Assembly: GCF_004010195.1 (NCBI RefSeq)
Contig: NC_057716.1
Coordinates: 26,997,157 to 27,061,156 of the forward strand
Direction: 5' to 3'
Origin: Chiloscyllium plagiosum
Taxonomy: Eukaryota
DNA: 64,000 bases
Shown here: piece by piece, positions 14,105 to 24,364 of the stretch
Position numbering within the stretch: the first letter of the stretch is position 1
Layout of the letters: each line of letters begins with the position of its first letter
The notes under the pieces: model-generated
What the model saw: the letters and a program-made list of their open reading frames with translations, nothing else
What the model was told of the DNA's origin: nothing
The model's database searches: none
Position numbers and translations under genes: made by a program

Positions 14105-14520
14105 TATGATGTGTCAGTTTGAGGATATTAGCATTTGATATCACATATCATGAACAGTATTTCATTTACAATATATATAATCTTATCCAGGTAATTTTGT
14201 TTTGCACCAAACTGAACACTTCCAAGATTTCCTCCAAAGCACATGATCCTGACTTGGAAATATAATCATTATCCCTTGACTGTCACTGGGTCTAAATCCT
14301 AGAACTTCCTCCCAAACCTCACTGTGCCTACAGCAGTTCAAGGAAACAGATCACCACCAGTTTTGCAAGGGCAAACAGGGATGGGAACAAATATTAGCCT
14401 TGTTAACTACACATACATCCCTGAGCAAATAAAAGGACAAGAGCTCTATCAACCAAAGGCATTAAAATCAAGGTACATTTTGGAGACAAATAGCAGCAAA
14501 AATAAATTTTAATATAGCAT

Positions 14521-15830
14521 GATTTGGAGATGCCGGTGTTGGACTGGGGTGTACAAAGTTAAAAATCTGCCAATCTCCAAACACCGTCCTACAACTCATC
14601 CGCTTTATCTTCAATCACAACGTCTTCACCTTTGACAACCAGTTCTTCACCCAGACACATGGAACAGCTATGGGGACCAAATTTGCACCCCAATATGCCA
14701 ACATCTTCATGCACAGGTTCGAACAAGACTTCTGCTCCACGCAGGACCTCCAACCAACATTATACACCAGGTACATTGATGACATTTTCTTCCTCTGGAT
14801 CCATGGCAAGGAGTCACTGATAAAACTACACAGTGGTATCAGCAAGTTTCATCCCACCATCAAACTTACCATAGACTACTCTCGACTATCTGTCTCATTC
14901 TTGGACACATGCATCTCCATCAAGGATGGACACCTCAGCACCTCACTCTACTGCAAATACACAGAAAACCTCACAATGTTACACTTCTCCAGCTTACATC
15001 CAAAACATATGAAAACAGTCATCCCCTGTGGACAAGCCCTACTCATACTCCAGATCTGCTCAGATGAGGAGGAATATAACGGACACCTGGAAGTACTCAG
15101 GGATGCCCTCATAAGAATGGGGTAAGATGCTCAACTCATCGACCGCCAGTTCTGACCTCCTCAGGAGACAGACACATGCTGCAACTGACAGGGTACCCTT
15201 CATTGTTCAGTACTTCCCAGGAGTTGAAAAACTACGCCTTGTTCTTCGTGACTTGCAACACATTATCAATGACGATGAGCACCTCGCCAAGACCTTCCCC
15301 ACACCTCCACTGCTTGCCTTTAAACCATCGCCAAACCTCAAACAGATCATTGTTCGTAGCAAGCTTCCCAGCTTTCAGAACAACTCCATACAACCCTGTC
15401 ATGGTAGGCGCTGCAAGACGTGTCAGAGTGTGGACATGGACACCACCATTACATGTGAGGACACCTCCCACCATGTAGTGGCAGGTACTCCTGTGACTCA
15501 GCCAACGTTGTCTATCTTATACATTGCAGGCAAGGACGCCCTGAGGCATGGTACATTGGGGAAACCGAGCAAAGGCTACAACAACGGATGAATGGGCACC
15601 GCACAACAATCAACAGACAGGAGTGTTCCCTCCCAGTTGGGGAACACTTCAGCAGTCCAGGACATTTGATTTTAGACCTTCGGGTGACCATCCTCCAAGG
15701 CGGACTTCGGGACAGGCAGCAACGAAAAGTGGCCAAGCAGAGGCTGATAGCTAAGTTCAGTACCCATAGGGAGAGCCTCAACCGGGACCTTGGGTTCATG
15801 TCATACTACAGGTGACCACCATTGTACTAT

Positions 15831-15862
<32 letters not shown>

Positions 15863-16443
15863 CTACACAGACACAGACATGCATCCTCTCACAGACTTAG
15901 ACCATTCTACACTCATATACACTCTCTCACACTCACAACCCCCTAACCTAGACAGACAGACACACATACAAAGACCCACACATATACTTATACGCTTGTG
16001 GAGTGAATTTGTACTTGTAGAGTTACATTGAACTTTGCTCAAAAACTGCATGAATTCATGTAAGACTCTGTTATCTCACTTTTTAGATTAGAATCAGTCT
16101 AAACATTATGGCACAGAGAACACAAGGGGCTAACACCTTCAACATATTGTCTAACTAACACCAATTGTTACAGTTAACCTGAGAATGCAACATTTTAATA
16201 AATAAAGTTTTGTTACTTACACATGAAAGAAGTGAAACTATCATGGTATTTGAACAGGTGAAAGACTCAACAAACAATCAAGGTATTTTTCAATGTATCA
16301 TTTCACTGTAAACTTTTGCGATAAATTCTGTGTCTTACAATTGTGTCCTCCACAACCACCTAATGAAGGAGCGGTGCTCCGAAAGCTAGCGTGCTTCCAA
16401 TTAAACCTGTTGGACTTTTACCTGGTGTTGTGAGATTTTTAAC
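14521..16443 (+). mobile_element. 5'-truncated Penelope-like retroelement (RT + GIY-YIG endonuclease, frameshifted)
   Basis: GTAMGTKFAPQYANIFM and YTRYIDDIF RT motifs (14670-15125); PC..RCKTC linker; GIY-YIG-like C-terminus (15588-15815); inverted pLTR piece 14521-14567; 3' pLTR with hammerhead-like core 16357-16391; TSD ttaatatagcat at 14509-14520 and 16444-16455. Confidence 0.92.
15829..15870 (+). repeat. (CA)n/(TA)n microsatellite in Penelope 3' region
   Basis: Direct observation. Confidence 0.9.
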
Positions 16444-16892
16444 TTAATATAGCATCTTTCACATCATGTTAAAGTGGTCCAAAACTGAAGAAAACATTTT
16501 TAAAATCTGTCACTGTTCCAATATAGGAAACACTCTGAATGTTTCTGGGGCCTTGCTGTGTAAACAAAACTGTGAAACTGAGCGGATAATCTGTTCAATA
16601 ATGTGAGTCGAGCAAACAACAGCAAAACACAGGGATAATTTCCACACTCTTCAAGATATTTGAAGGAGCTATTAAGTTAACCCAGAAGCAGGCATCTTGC
16701 AGTTTCAGTAGAAAATCACAGCCTTAAAAAAAACATACTGCTTGCCATTCCTTTAGTGATTGATTTTCCACTCAAGCCTCGGAAGTGGGGACTTCTACCT
16801 GAACCTTCCAAATCACGAGAAGGATCCTGAGAAGTTATGTTGTTATTGTAGGATCGCAGGGGGCAGCATCTACTTGTATAAGTAAAATAAAC

Positions 16893-17135
16893 AACTGCGG
16901 ATGCTGGAAACATGAAACAAAAACAAGCAGAAATTGCTGGAGAAACTCAGCAAGTGCGGCGGCATCTATGGAGAGAAAACCAGAGACAACGTTTGGAGCC
17001 CAGTGACCCTATTACTATCCTTAAGCAACTACTCTCAGTGCGTGCAACAGAAAATTACTGCAGATGCTGGAATTCGTACTAAAACCAACAACAAAAAAAT
17101 GCTGGGAATCACAGCTCAGTTCTGTGCATCTTAAT
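16893..17135. mobile_element. Degenerate Penelope pLTR-like fragments (family C)
   Basis: actgcggatgctgg...gcagaaattgctggagaaactcagc...catctatggagagaa, similar to 4431 and 50611. Confidence 0.55.
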
Positions 17136-17280
17136 TTCAACACAATGCAGAAGAATATTCTTAGCTGTTGACAGGGAAGAAGCGAGGAGGCAAATTTGAT
17201 TCATGCAAAAGAAACTAAACGGGCGGAGATGTGTTTACAAAATGAGTTGCATTAAAACGGTCAGGTCAACCTGATCAACA

Positions 17281-17438
17281 TTTGGAGGTGCACACGACAC
17301 CAGGTTAGAGGCCAACTGGTTTATTTGAAAGCACTAGCTTTCGGAGCGCTGCTTCGTCATCAGGTGACAGCTACCTGATGACGGAGCAGCGCTCCGAAAG
17401 CGAGTGTTTCTAAATAAACCTGTTGGACTATAACCGCC
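17281..17438. mobile_element. Palindromic double-hammerhead mini-element (family A) in NDUFS1 intron 1
   Basis: Inverted arms around ~17369; cores at 17332-17366 (-) and 17372-17406 (+); flanking direct repeat gatcaaca at 17273-17280 and 17439-17446. Confidence 0.8.
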
Positions 17439-17621
17439 GATCAACACTCACATACAGAGAAAGAGAGAGAGAGAGAGAGAGGTGCAGGCAGCTCATGACC
17501 AGCCCTCTAAAGGAGGACCTCCCAGACGCCTCTCAAGGGCAAATCCCACCAAACCCGGGTCGGCAAACGGCAGACACCGGAGCTGGTTCGCGAAACTGTT
17601 CCACCGGGCACGCCAAATTAC

Positions 17622-17720
17622 CTCAGTCAATCGTAGCGGACAGTGACCGGCGTCGCTCTCACCCACCGGCGCTACTCGCCTTCACTGTTTGGTCTTCTCA
17701 ACCAGAACAGCGGCGCAATG
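17622..17720 (-). other. NDUFS1: Probable non-coding exon 1 of NDUFS1 (5' boundary approximate)
   Basis: Strong donor GAG|gtaatt on the minus strand at 17622/17621 inside the GC-rich island facing EEF1B2. Confidence 0.65.
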
Positions 17721-18352
17721 GCGGCTCCAGACTCGGCTCTTTCCGACCACCGCTCGGCAATCTCCGGGAAGTCAGGCGTCCGCAATTTAAAAAAACAGCC
17801 CCGAAAATTACAACATTTTCGGTTTAACATTACCCCTCACCCTTTCTTCACCGCTATTTAAAACTTTACCATATTTTAGAAAAAACAAATGAATAAAATC
17901 ATAAAGGCCGGGGGGGGCGGGGGTTTAAAAAAAGCTTCGGCAATTTCCGTAACCCAACCAAAAGACGCGAACTTTCCCGAGAGCAGCTGGTCACGATTTA
18001 ATATTAACATTAAATTTTAATTTTAAATGTGTTCGGTTGCGGGATAGTGAAGAATACGGCGGGATGGTGTTTGTTTCGGATTATTTTGTTATTTAATTTC
18101 TTTTTTGGGTTCCGCCCCGCCCCCCTCCGTCGGCCCGCTTCCGGTGAGTATATAAAGGTCGTCGCGCCTGCGCTTCGGCCTTTTGTAACGGACACCGCAG
18201 GCGGAACGGGCACGTGTCAGTGAAGACCGGGAGCTGCTGAGTCTTCCCGCCCTCCCTCTCACACGCACGCAGATAGACAGAGCAAGGCCGCTTGCTTTTT
18301 TCCGCCTTCCTCTCTCTCTCTCTCTCTCACACGCCCACTCTTAACCGGCCAC

Positions 18353-18432
18353 ATGGGATTCGGCGACCTCAAATCACCCTCCGGCCTCAAGGTGCTGAAC
18401 GACTACCTGGCGGACCGGAGCTACATCGAGGG
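18353..18432 (+). CDS. EEF1B2: Elongation factor 1-beta, coding exon 1
   Basis: ATG at 18353; [26 protein letters not shown](G); donor gtgggt. Confidence 0.98.
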
Positions 18433-19208
18433 GTGGGTAAGGCCGCGCTTGAGGGCGGATATGGTCGGCTGGGGTCTGCCAACGCATGCCGGGTGAGGCC
18501 CTCGCCCCGCCGCCCGGGCAGGTGTCTCCGCCCCGTGGTGGGTGTCACTCGGACCCTTCGCCATCTCGACAGTTCGATCTTTTCTTCCCCCACCCCCCCC
18601 CCAAAGACTCACTTCAGTTAAATTTCGTCCTGATCGTCTCCTGTCTCTCCCTTTCTCTTTCCCCCCCCCCCCCCCCCACCTTTCTATTACTCTTTCTCTT
18701 TTTTTCCCACCCCCTTACCAGGAGCCTCCGTGTTTTTGTTCATTCTATTTTCCCTACATGACTTAGCCCTCACCTAACACTTTTTTTTTCTGGGTAGGTT
18801 TGTTCCTTCCCGCTTCTTCCACTGTTTCCGACTGTATTCTCTTTCTTTCCCACTTCCCATATGCGCTCTCATCCCCCACCCCCCTTTGGTATTCTTCTAT
18901 TTCAACAGCCTCTCAAAATATACCACTACTATATTTTTTCTCTTCTCCCCCTCCCTGACGCTTTCCTGGACTGTCTCCTCTTTTGCTCCTGCCCCAGCTC
19001 GCGTGCCCAAAATCTTGGGATCCATTCCCTCCCTATATCTCCACGCTCTCCTTTCAAGGACCCCAAGGTGTTCTTGATCTTACATGAGATCTCCCTTGGT
19101 TATTTTTAAAACTTCAGTTGTTCAATGCCCTAGATAAGTTAGCTTTTAGTAGCAGTTGTGTGTGGTGGTAATCTTTTATTTTGAACAGTAATTCCTAATC
19201 TTTTGCAG

Positions 19209-19331
19209 GTATGTTCCATCACAAGCTGACATAGCTGTCTTTGAAGCTCTTGGTGCTCCACCATTAGCTGACTTCTACCATGCACTTCGTTGGTACAATC
19301 ATATCCTATCCTATGAAAGCACCAAGGATTG
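19209..19331 (+). CDS. EEF1B2: EEF1B2 coding exon 2
   Basis: 123 nt, [40 protein letters not shown]; AG/GT boundaries. Confidence 0.98.
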
Positions 19332-21249
19332 GTATGTTCAGTTTGATATGAGCTGTTTGGCATTTATTGTGAATCCCACTAGTGATAATGACTTTAGTGA
19401 CCATTGGGCAATTATTTCATTGGTTAAGGTAAAAGATCTGCAATGTGATAGCTTAACTATTTTTTTTGATGTTTGGATGATCCAGGAGATTGCTGTTCAA
19501 TTGTACACTGGGAGTCAGGTTTACTATTGATGTTGTCACTTCCTTTGATATGTAAGGAGACAGAATTTCCCTGTTTCTATTAAATGTCTTGTGGACTTAA
19601 TGTCTCAAATTTGTAAGCTCATAATTCATGACCGCCTGATAACTTAATTCTCAGGCTGAGTCTGATGTGCTTGAGTTAATCATACCAGTTCAAAACAAAC
19701 TGATTTGTTATGAACTATATGTTACCATTTTGACATTTCTTGGTCCATTAAGCTTGTACTGGCTTTCATCGAGTATTCAGTATGTATCTGGTTTTAAAGA
19801 TGGGGCTTTCTAAAGATCCAGTTATGACTATTCAAACAGCTCCCTGCTCTTTGTACATTTCTGTATCCATTGACGTTTCAGTATCTGACCAGGAGTATGC
19901 CATTAAGAATGAAAAATAAATTGCTTGCAAAACTCAATTGTTTTAGTCGTATCTGTGGAGACAAAGTCATTGTGTTCAGAGATCCTTCTCCAAAACAGTC
20001 TCTGGACTCATACTTACTTCATGGATGCTGCCAGATTTTGTTCCTCCAGTTTGTATTTGTTTCAAATTTTGGGCATCTGCAGTTCTTTTTGAAGTTTCTA
20101 TTTATCGTCCTGTGGTTGCACATTTAAGTTGATCAGTTGTCCAACTACTGTAAAATTTCTTGATGATTTCAAACTCTTTCCATGATCTTAGTCCATGCAT
20201 TTCCTCCACCCTGACTGTGGTCAAATCTGGCCTCCAAATCAGTGATCAGTGTTCTCAGCTTTCCTATTCTGTTCCTGCCTCCTGCAAAACTGAGTTTTTC
20301 AAACCTTTGCTTTGAGTTTAGCATAAGATAATTTTCAGTCCTAATACTCAGGAATGTATTAATACATTATACTTGAGTGGCTTGTCACTTAGAGGAAGAA
20401 CTCTCCAATAGTGAGTACCAAATACTGTTTACTTCGCTGCCTCTGTCTAATTTAAGCTGATAACTGTAATCATGCATATGTGGATGACTGCTGTTTCATT
20501 GCTTCATCTATACAAGACTTCTAGTTCAGTTTTTGGCAAATGATCTTAGATTGACTTAAGACCTGTTTAGTCAAATATTGCCCTTCCATTTATGTTGAAG
20601 CAGAGACTTGAGTGGTTTCGAGATCCCATACCTTGGCAACTGCCATTGAGATCCAACAGCAAGTTAGCTTCCATGTAGTGTGACAATGTTATGTAGTACT
20701 CACCAGTTGTTGATCTCTTCAGTCACATGGCAATCCATGGCAAAAACTTCAGATGTCACACTTGGGTTCTTCAAAAAGATAAGAATTAACTTTGAGACTG
20801 CAAATCAGTAATCAAATCAGTTCATCAGAGCTGTATTCAAAAGCTATGGATTTAGGCTTTCTTGTGTAGTGATTATTTCTGTTTTGTTCCTTTCCAAATG
20901 TCTTGATATTGATCATGTCCAACTCAAGTCTGCGCCCACTTCATTTTCAACTTGGAGGATTCCAACTCCAGAAATTTTACCCAAATGGTAACAATCTCTT
21001 GACCTGGGAAGAATCAGCAACATCCTGCCATGTAAAGGTTTGAAGATTTGATCTGAGGCAGAGTAATTGCAGCTCCAAAACCAGTCTTTCCTTGGTGTCT
21101 TACAAGAGGGTGGGTAGGGGAGCAGGATTTATCAAAGCAACTTCATGATCTATTCTGTTCATACCTTTATCAGTTTACTGGGTGGATAGAAGTAGAAACT
21201 GTCAAATCTGAAGTTTGCTTTCTTGTTACTGAACTTAAATCATTCTTAG

Positions 21250-21376
21250 CCTTCCAGGTGTTAAGCAACCCCTCAGTAAATATGGTCCACAAAATGTAGC
21301 AGATACAACATCAGCAAAAGCTGTGGATGATGACGATGACAATGACATCGATCTCTTTGGTTCCGATGATGAAGAG
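21250..21376 (+). CDS. EEF1B2: EEF1B2 coding exon 3
   Basis: 127 nt, [42 protein letters not shown] with the conserved acidic DLFGSD motif. Confidence 0.98.
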
Positions 21377-22051
21377 GTGGGTTCTATGCAGTTCTTCTAC
21401 TTGTGATTTAAACCCTCCCGGAATAGGCTGAGATTAAGGCCAAGAATGTTTTTGCTATGGGTAGTCTTGTGGAAACTGTTTTAAATTTAAGTACTCTTAC
21501 TTAAATTCAAAATTGAATGGCTTCAGATTTCTTCATCCTTGATTCATAACTTGGCCTGACACTCAACTGAGCTGGTTGGGGCACTAGTGAATCTGTTTAA
21601 CTTCAAAAGTAGCTTCATGTAGTTGCAAATTTGTGGAATTTGCTTAAAAATTGGAGTGGCTGAGACAATGAAGCACTATTCTGTCTTGGATTGTGGAATG
21701 AGGCTGGTTGTCACCATCTGAAAATGATTTGGGTATAAACTGGATTTGAGGGCAGCTTGAGAAACTGACTTGGAGCCAAATAATATGCTATTTGGAATGC
21801 CATGGTTTGTCACTTCCTGGAGTCTGAGACTAGTTTTTGATTTTACCATTTGCCATCCTTTAGCTGAATTTGTGGTTATGCTTTGTCTAATGAAATTGGT
21901 GCTAATTTTCACTAAAACTGCAGAAGCTGGAGATGAAACAAATTGCTGGCAAAAAGTCAGCATCTGTAGAGAAAGCATACTTGAATATGGATATATATTT
22001 CAGTACACTGTTCTGCGAGCACACGTGACAGTTTGCATTTGTTTCTTACAG

Positions 22052-22118
22052 GAAAGTGCAGAGGCTAAAAGGCTCAAAGAAGAACGTCTAGCTCAATATG
22101 AAGCTAAGAAGTCCAAAA
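22052..22118 (+). CDS. EEF1B2: EEF1B2 coding exon 4
   Basis: 67 nt, ESAEAKRLKEERLAQYEAKKSK; AG/GT boundaries. Confidence 0.98.
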
Positions 22119-22360
22119 GTAGGTTGTCATGTTTTAAGTTTAAAGTAGTCTTCAGTAGGTCCTTAATTCGTCAGCTTCTTTAAATACTTTTTAGCTTTGT
22201 ACGATATTTTTTATTTTTGATATGTCCAAATAGATATGTTAAATGTGGTGACAGAGCTATGCAAGTGCACACTGTTCAGATTCCATTTCATTCCTAATGT
22301 ATTCTGTAATGCTGATTGTTTGCAGCTGCATTAAGTAGATGATGCTGTGAAATACAATGG

Positions 22361-22430
22361 TTTTAATGATGATTTCAATTCACCATCTTTCGACTGAATC
22401 AGTGATGTGAATTAATTGAATCTGACAAAA
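22361..22430 (+). ncRNA. SNORD51: Box C/D snoRNA SNORD51 (U51) homologue in EEF1B2 intron 4
   Basis: C box ATGATGA 22366-22372; guide TCACCATCTTTCG complementary to 28S rRNA CGAAAGAUGGUGA, followed by D' CTGA 22394-22397; C'-like GTGATGT; D box CTGA 22422-22425; terminal stem atgg-tttt/aaaa-ccat; EEF1B2 is the known host gene. Confidence 0.9.
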
Positions 22431-22620
22431 CCCATGTTTCTAATAAGCTGAAATGTTAGCAGTAAGATTTGTCTGTTTGTATATAAGGAGTGTCTGGGGT
22501 GCTGGGATACTGGTAAGATGAGACATGCACTCATTTGTATGCTAAGTCCTCTGTATAACTGCACGTAATTGCAAGCTGCTCCTTAATGATCATGCTTGTC
22601 ATCTTGTCATTCTCTTTTAG

Positions 22621-22746
22621 AGCCAGCACTTATTGCGAAATCATCTATTTTGTTGGATGTAAAGCCATGGGATGATGAAACTGACATGGTCAAATTGGAA
22701 GAATGTGTACGTTCAGTGACAATGGATGGCTTACTTTGGGGTGCCT
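22621..22746 (+). CDS. EEF1B2: EEF1B2 coding exon 5
   Basis: 126 nt, [41 protein letters not shown] (GEF domain). Confidence 0.98.
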
Positions 22747-23070
22747 GTGAGTATTATATTACAATATTGTAAGCGGTCTGGCAGTTGTCATGTGGTACAT
22801 AAATACTGAATCAGTCAATATTGTTAGGTCTTGAGGTCTCTTGGCTCAAGTCACTTTTCTGTAGATATTTTTCAAATGTTGAAAAGCAAAGAATTAAGCA
22901 GTCAAGTGGATTATTGGCTTGGGTAGCAACAGGAGCCATGTACCTGTATCATTCGGATGGCTAGTTGCAGTTATCTACATGAGTGATTACTGTGCTGGAT
23001 TTCATTGGTCCATCTGGGGTAAGGTTAACATCAATATTTTTGTATACAGGCATATGTTGTGTAACTTTGT

Positions 23071-23371
23071 GGGTGGCACAGTGGTTAGCACTGCTGCCTC
23101 ACCGCACCTGAGACCTGGGTTCAATTCCTGCCTCAGGCGACTGACTGTGTGGAGTTTGCACATTCTCCCCGTGTCTGCATGGGTTTCCTCCGGGTGCTCC
23201 AGTTTCCTCCCACAATCCAAAGATGTGCAGGTCAGGTGAATTGGCCATGCTAAATTGCCTGTAGTGTTAGGTAAAGGGTAAATGTAGGGGTGTGGGTGGG
23301 TTGCGCTTCGGGTCAGTGTGAACTTGTTGGGCCGAAGGGCCTGTTTCCACACTGTAATGTAATCTAATCTA
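23071..23371 (+). mobile_element. HE1-type SINE in EEF1B2 intron 5
   Basis: tRNA-like head, conserved body, (AATCT)n tail. Confidence 0.9.
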
Positions 23372-24296
23372 AAACCGTTTACTGTCATCGATTTACAGCA
23401 TAGAAACAGACCCTTCGGTCCAATTGGTCCATGCTGACCAGGTATCTTAAATTAATCTAGTCCAATTGGCCCATATCCCTCCCATCTCCTATTCATAGAC
23501 CCATCCAGGTGCCTTTTAAATGTTGTAATTGTACCAGCGACTGCCTCTTTCTCTGGCTCATTCCATACACACCACCTTCCATGTGAAAAAGTTGCCCCTT
23601 TTAAAATCTTTTCGCTCTTTAAACCCATACATCCACTTGATATATTTGGGTGATAGTCATTGCATGTAGTTAAATATCTTAATCACTTTCAAACAAAGTC
23701 ACTCTCTGCATTGGAGTTTATTGGTTTCATTTTCTTTTGCAGTCTATTTTAAATTGGGTGAAACTTCTGTCACTGCTTCCCAAAATGGGTTTGAGACTGT
23801 TGTGGTGCTTTGTGCAGCTGAAACAATTTTAATCCTCTTGTTTTTAAATTGTGGCCTAAATGACAGTCTGGGAAGCTTTTGTAGCCATTTGAAAATGGTA
23901 GACATTACAAACTTATTTGAAATTGGTTCATGATGCATTCCAATCCCCTCCCTGACTGCCCATGTGCTCCAAGGTATCTGAGGGGTTATGACATTTGTCT
24001 AATACTGAAATAGGCTCTGGTGGTGCAAATGTTTCAGTAACCTTTGCTCTGTGTCGTTGAGTAACTTTAAGTTTGCATGATTTGGGTAGAACCTCTTTAC
24101 CTTACTTCTGAAGTTATAAATTTCCTCAAATGTAGTTGGCACTGATACATTCCATCACTCAAATCAGAGGGTTGAGCAAACTGTTTTGGCTGGTTTAGAA
24201 TTAAATTGTGGCATAGACTTGAGTTGACTTTGTTAGGCTAATTCTGAGATGGGGGGGTGCTTTTTTGTATATCTAATAATCTCTCTCCCCTTGCAG

Positions 24297-24364
24297 CCAA
24301 ACTGGTTCCTGTAGGCTATGGCATCAAAAAGCTACAGATTCAATGTGTAGTTGAAGATGACAAG
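24297..24364 (+). CDS. EEF1B2: EEF1B2 coding exon 6
   Basis: 68 nt, [22 protein letters not shown]; acceptor ttgcag, donor gtaaga. Confidence 0.97.

Larger units (their letters stand above)
17540..18560. promoter_or_regulatory. CpG island / bidirectional NDUFS1-EEF1B2 promoter
   Basis: CpG-rich; GC boxes ccgccccgccccc (~18112-18125); ETS-type cttccgg (~18138-18144); TATATAAA 18149-18156; YY1-like caatggcggc (~17716); lies between divergent first exons. Confidence 0.85.

Noticed and set aside
21696-21780. tcaccatctga in intron 3 as a second SNORD51-like guide
   Set aside because: Only a short part of the guide matches, with no canonical C box or terminal stem.
22508-22560. tactgg...hairpin...gtcctc as a SNORA41 5' hairpin
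   Set aside because: 3' guide is imperfect, there is no H box, and there is no room for a second hairpin and ACA before the exon at 22621.
22961-22998. Hairpin faintly resembling the SNORA41 upper stem
   Set aside because: Lacks the pseudouridylation pocket guides and clear H/ACA boxes; cannot be supported without a covariance-model search.
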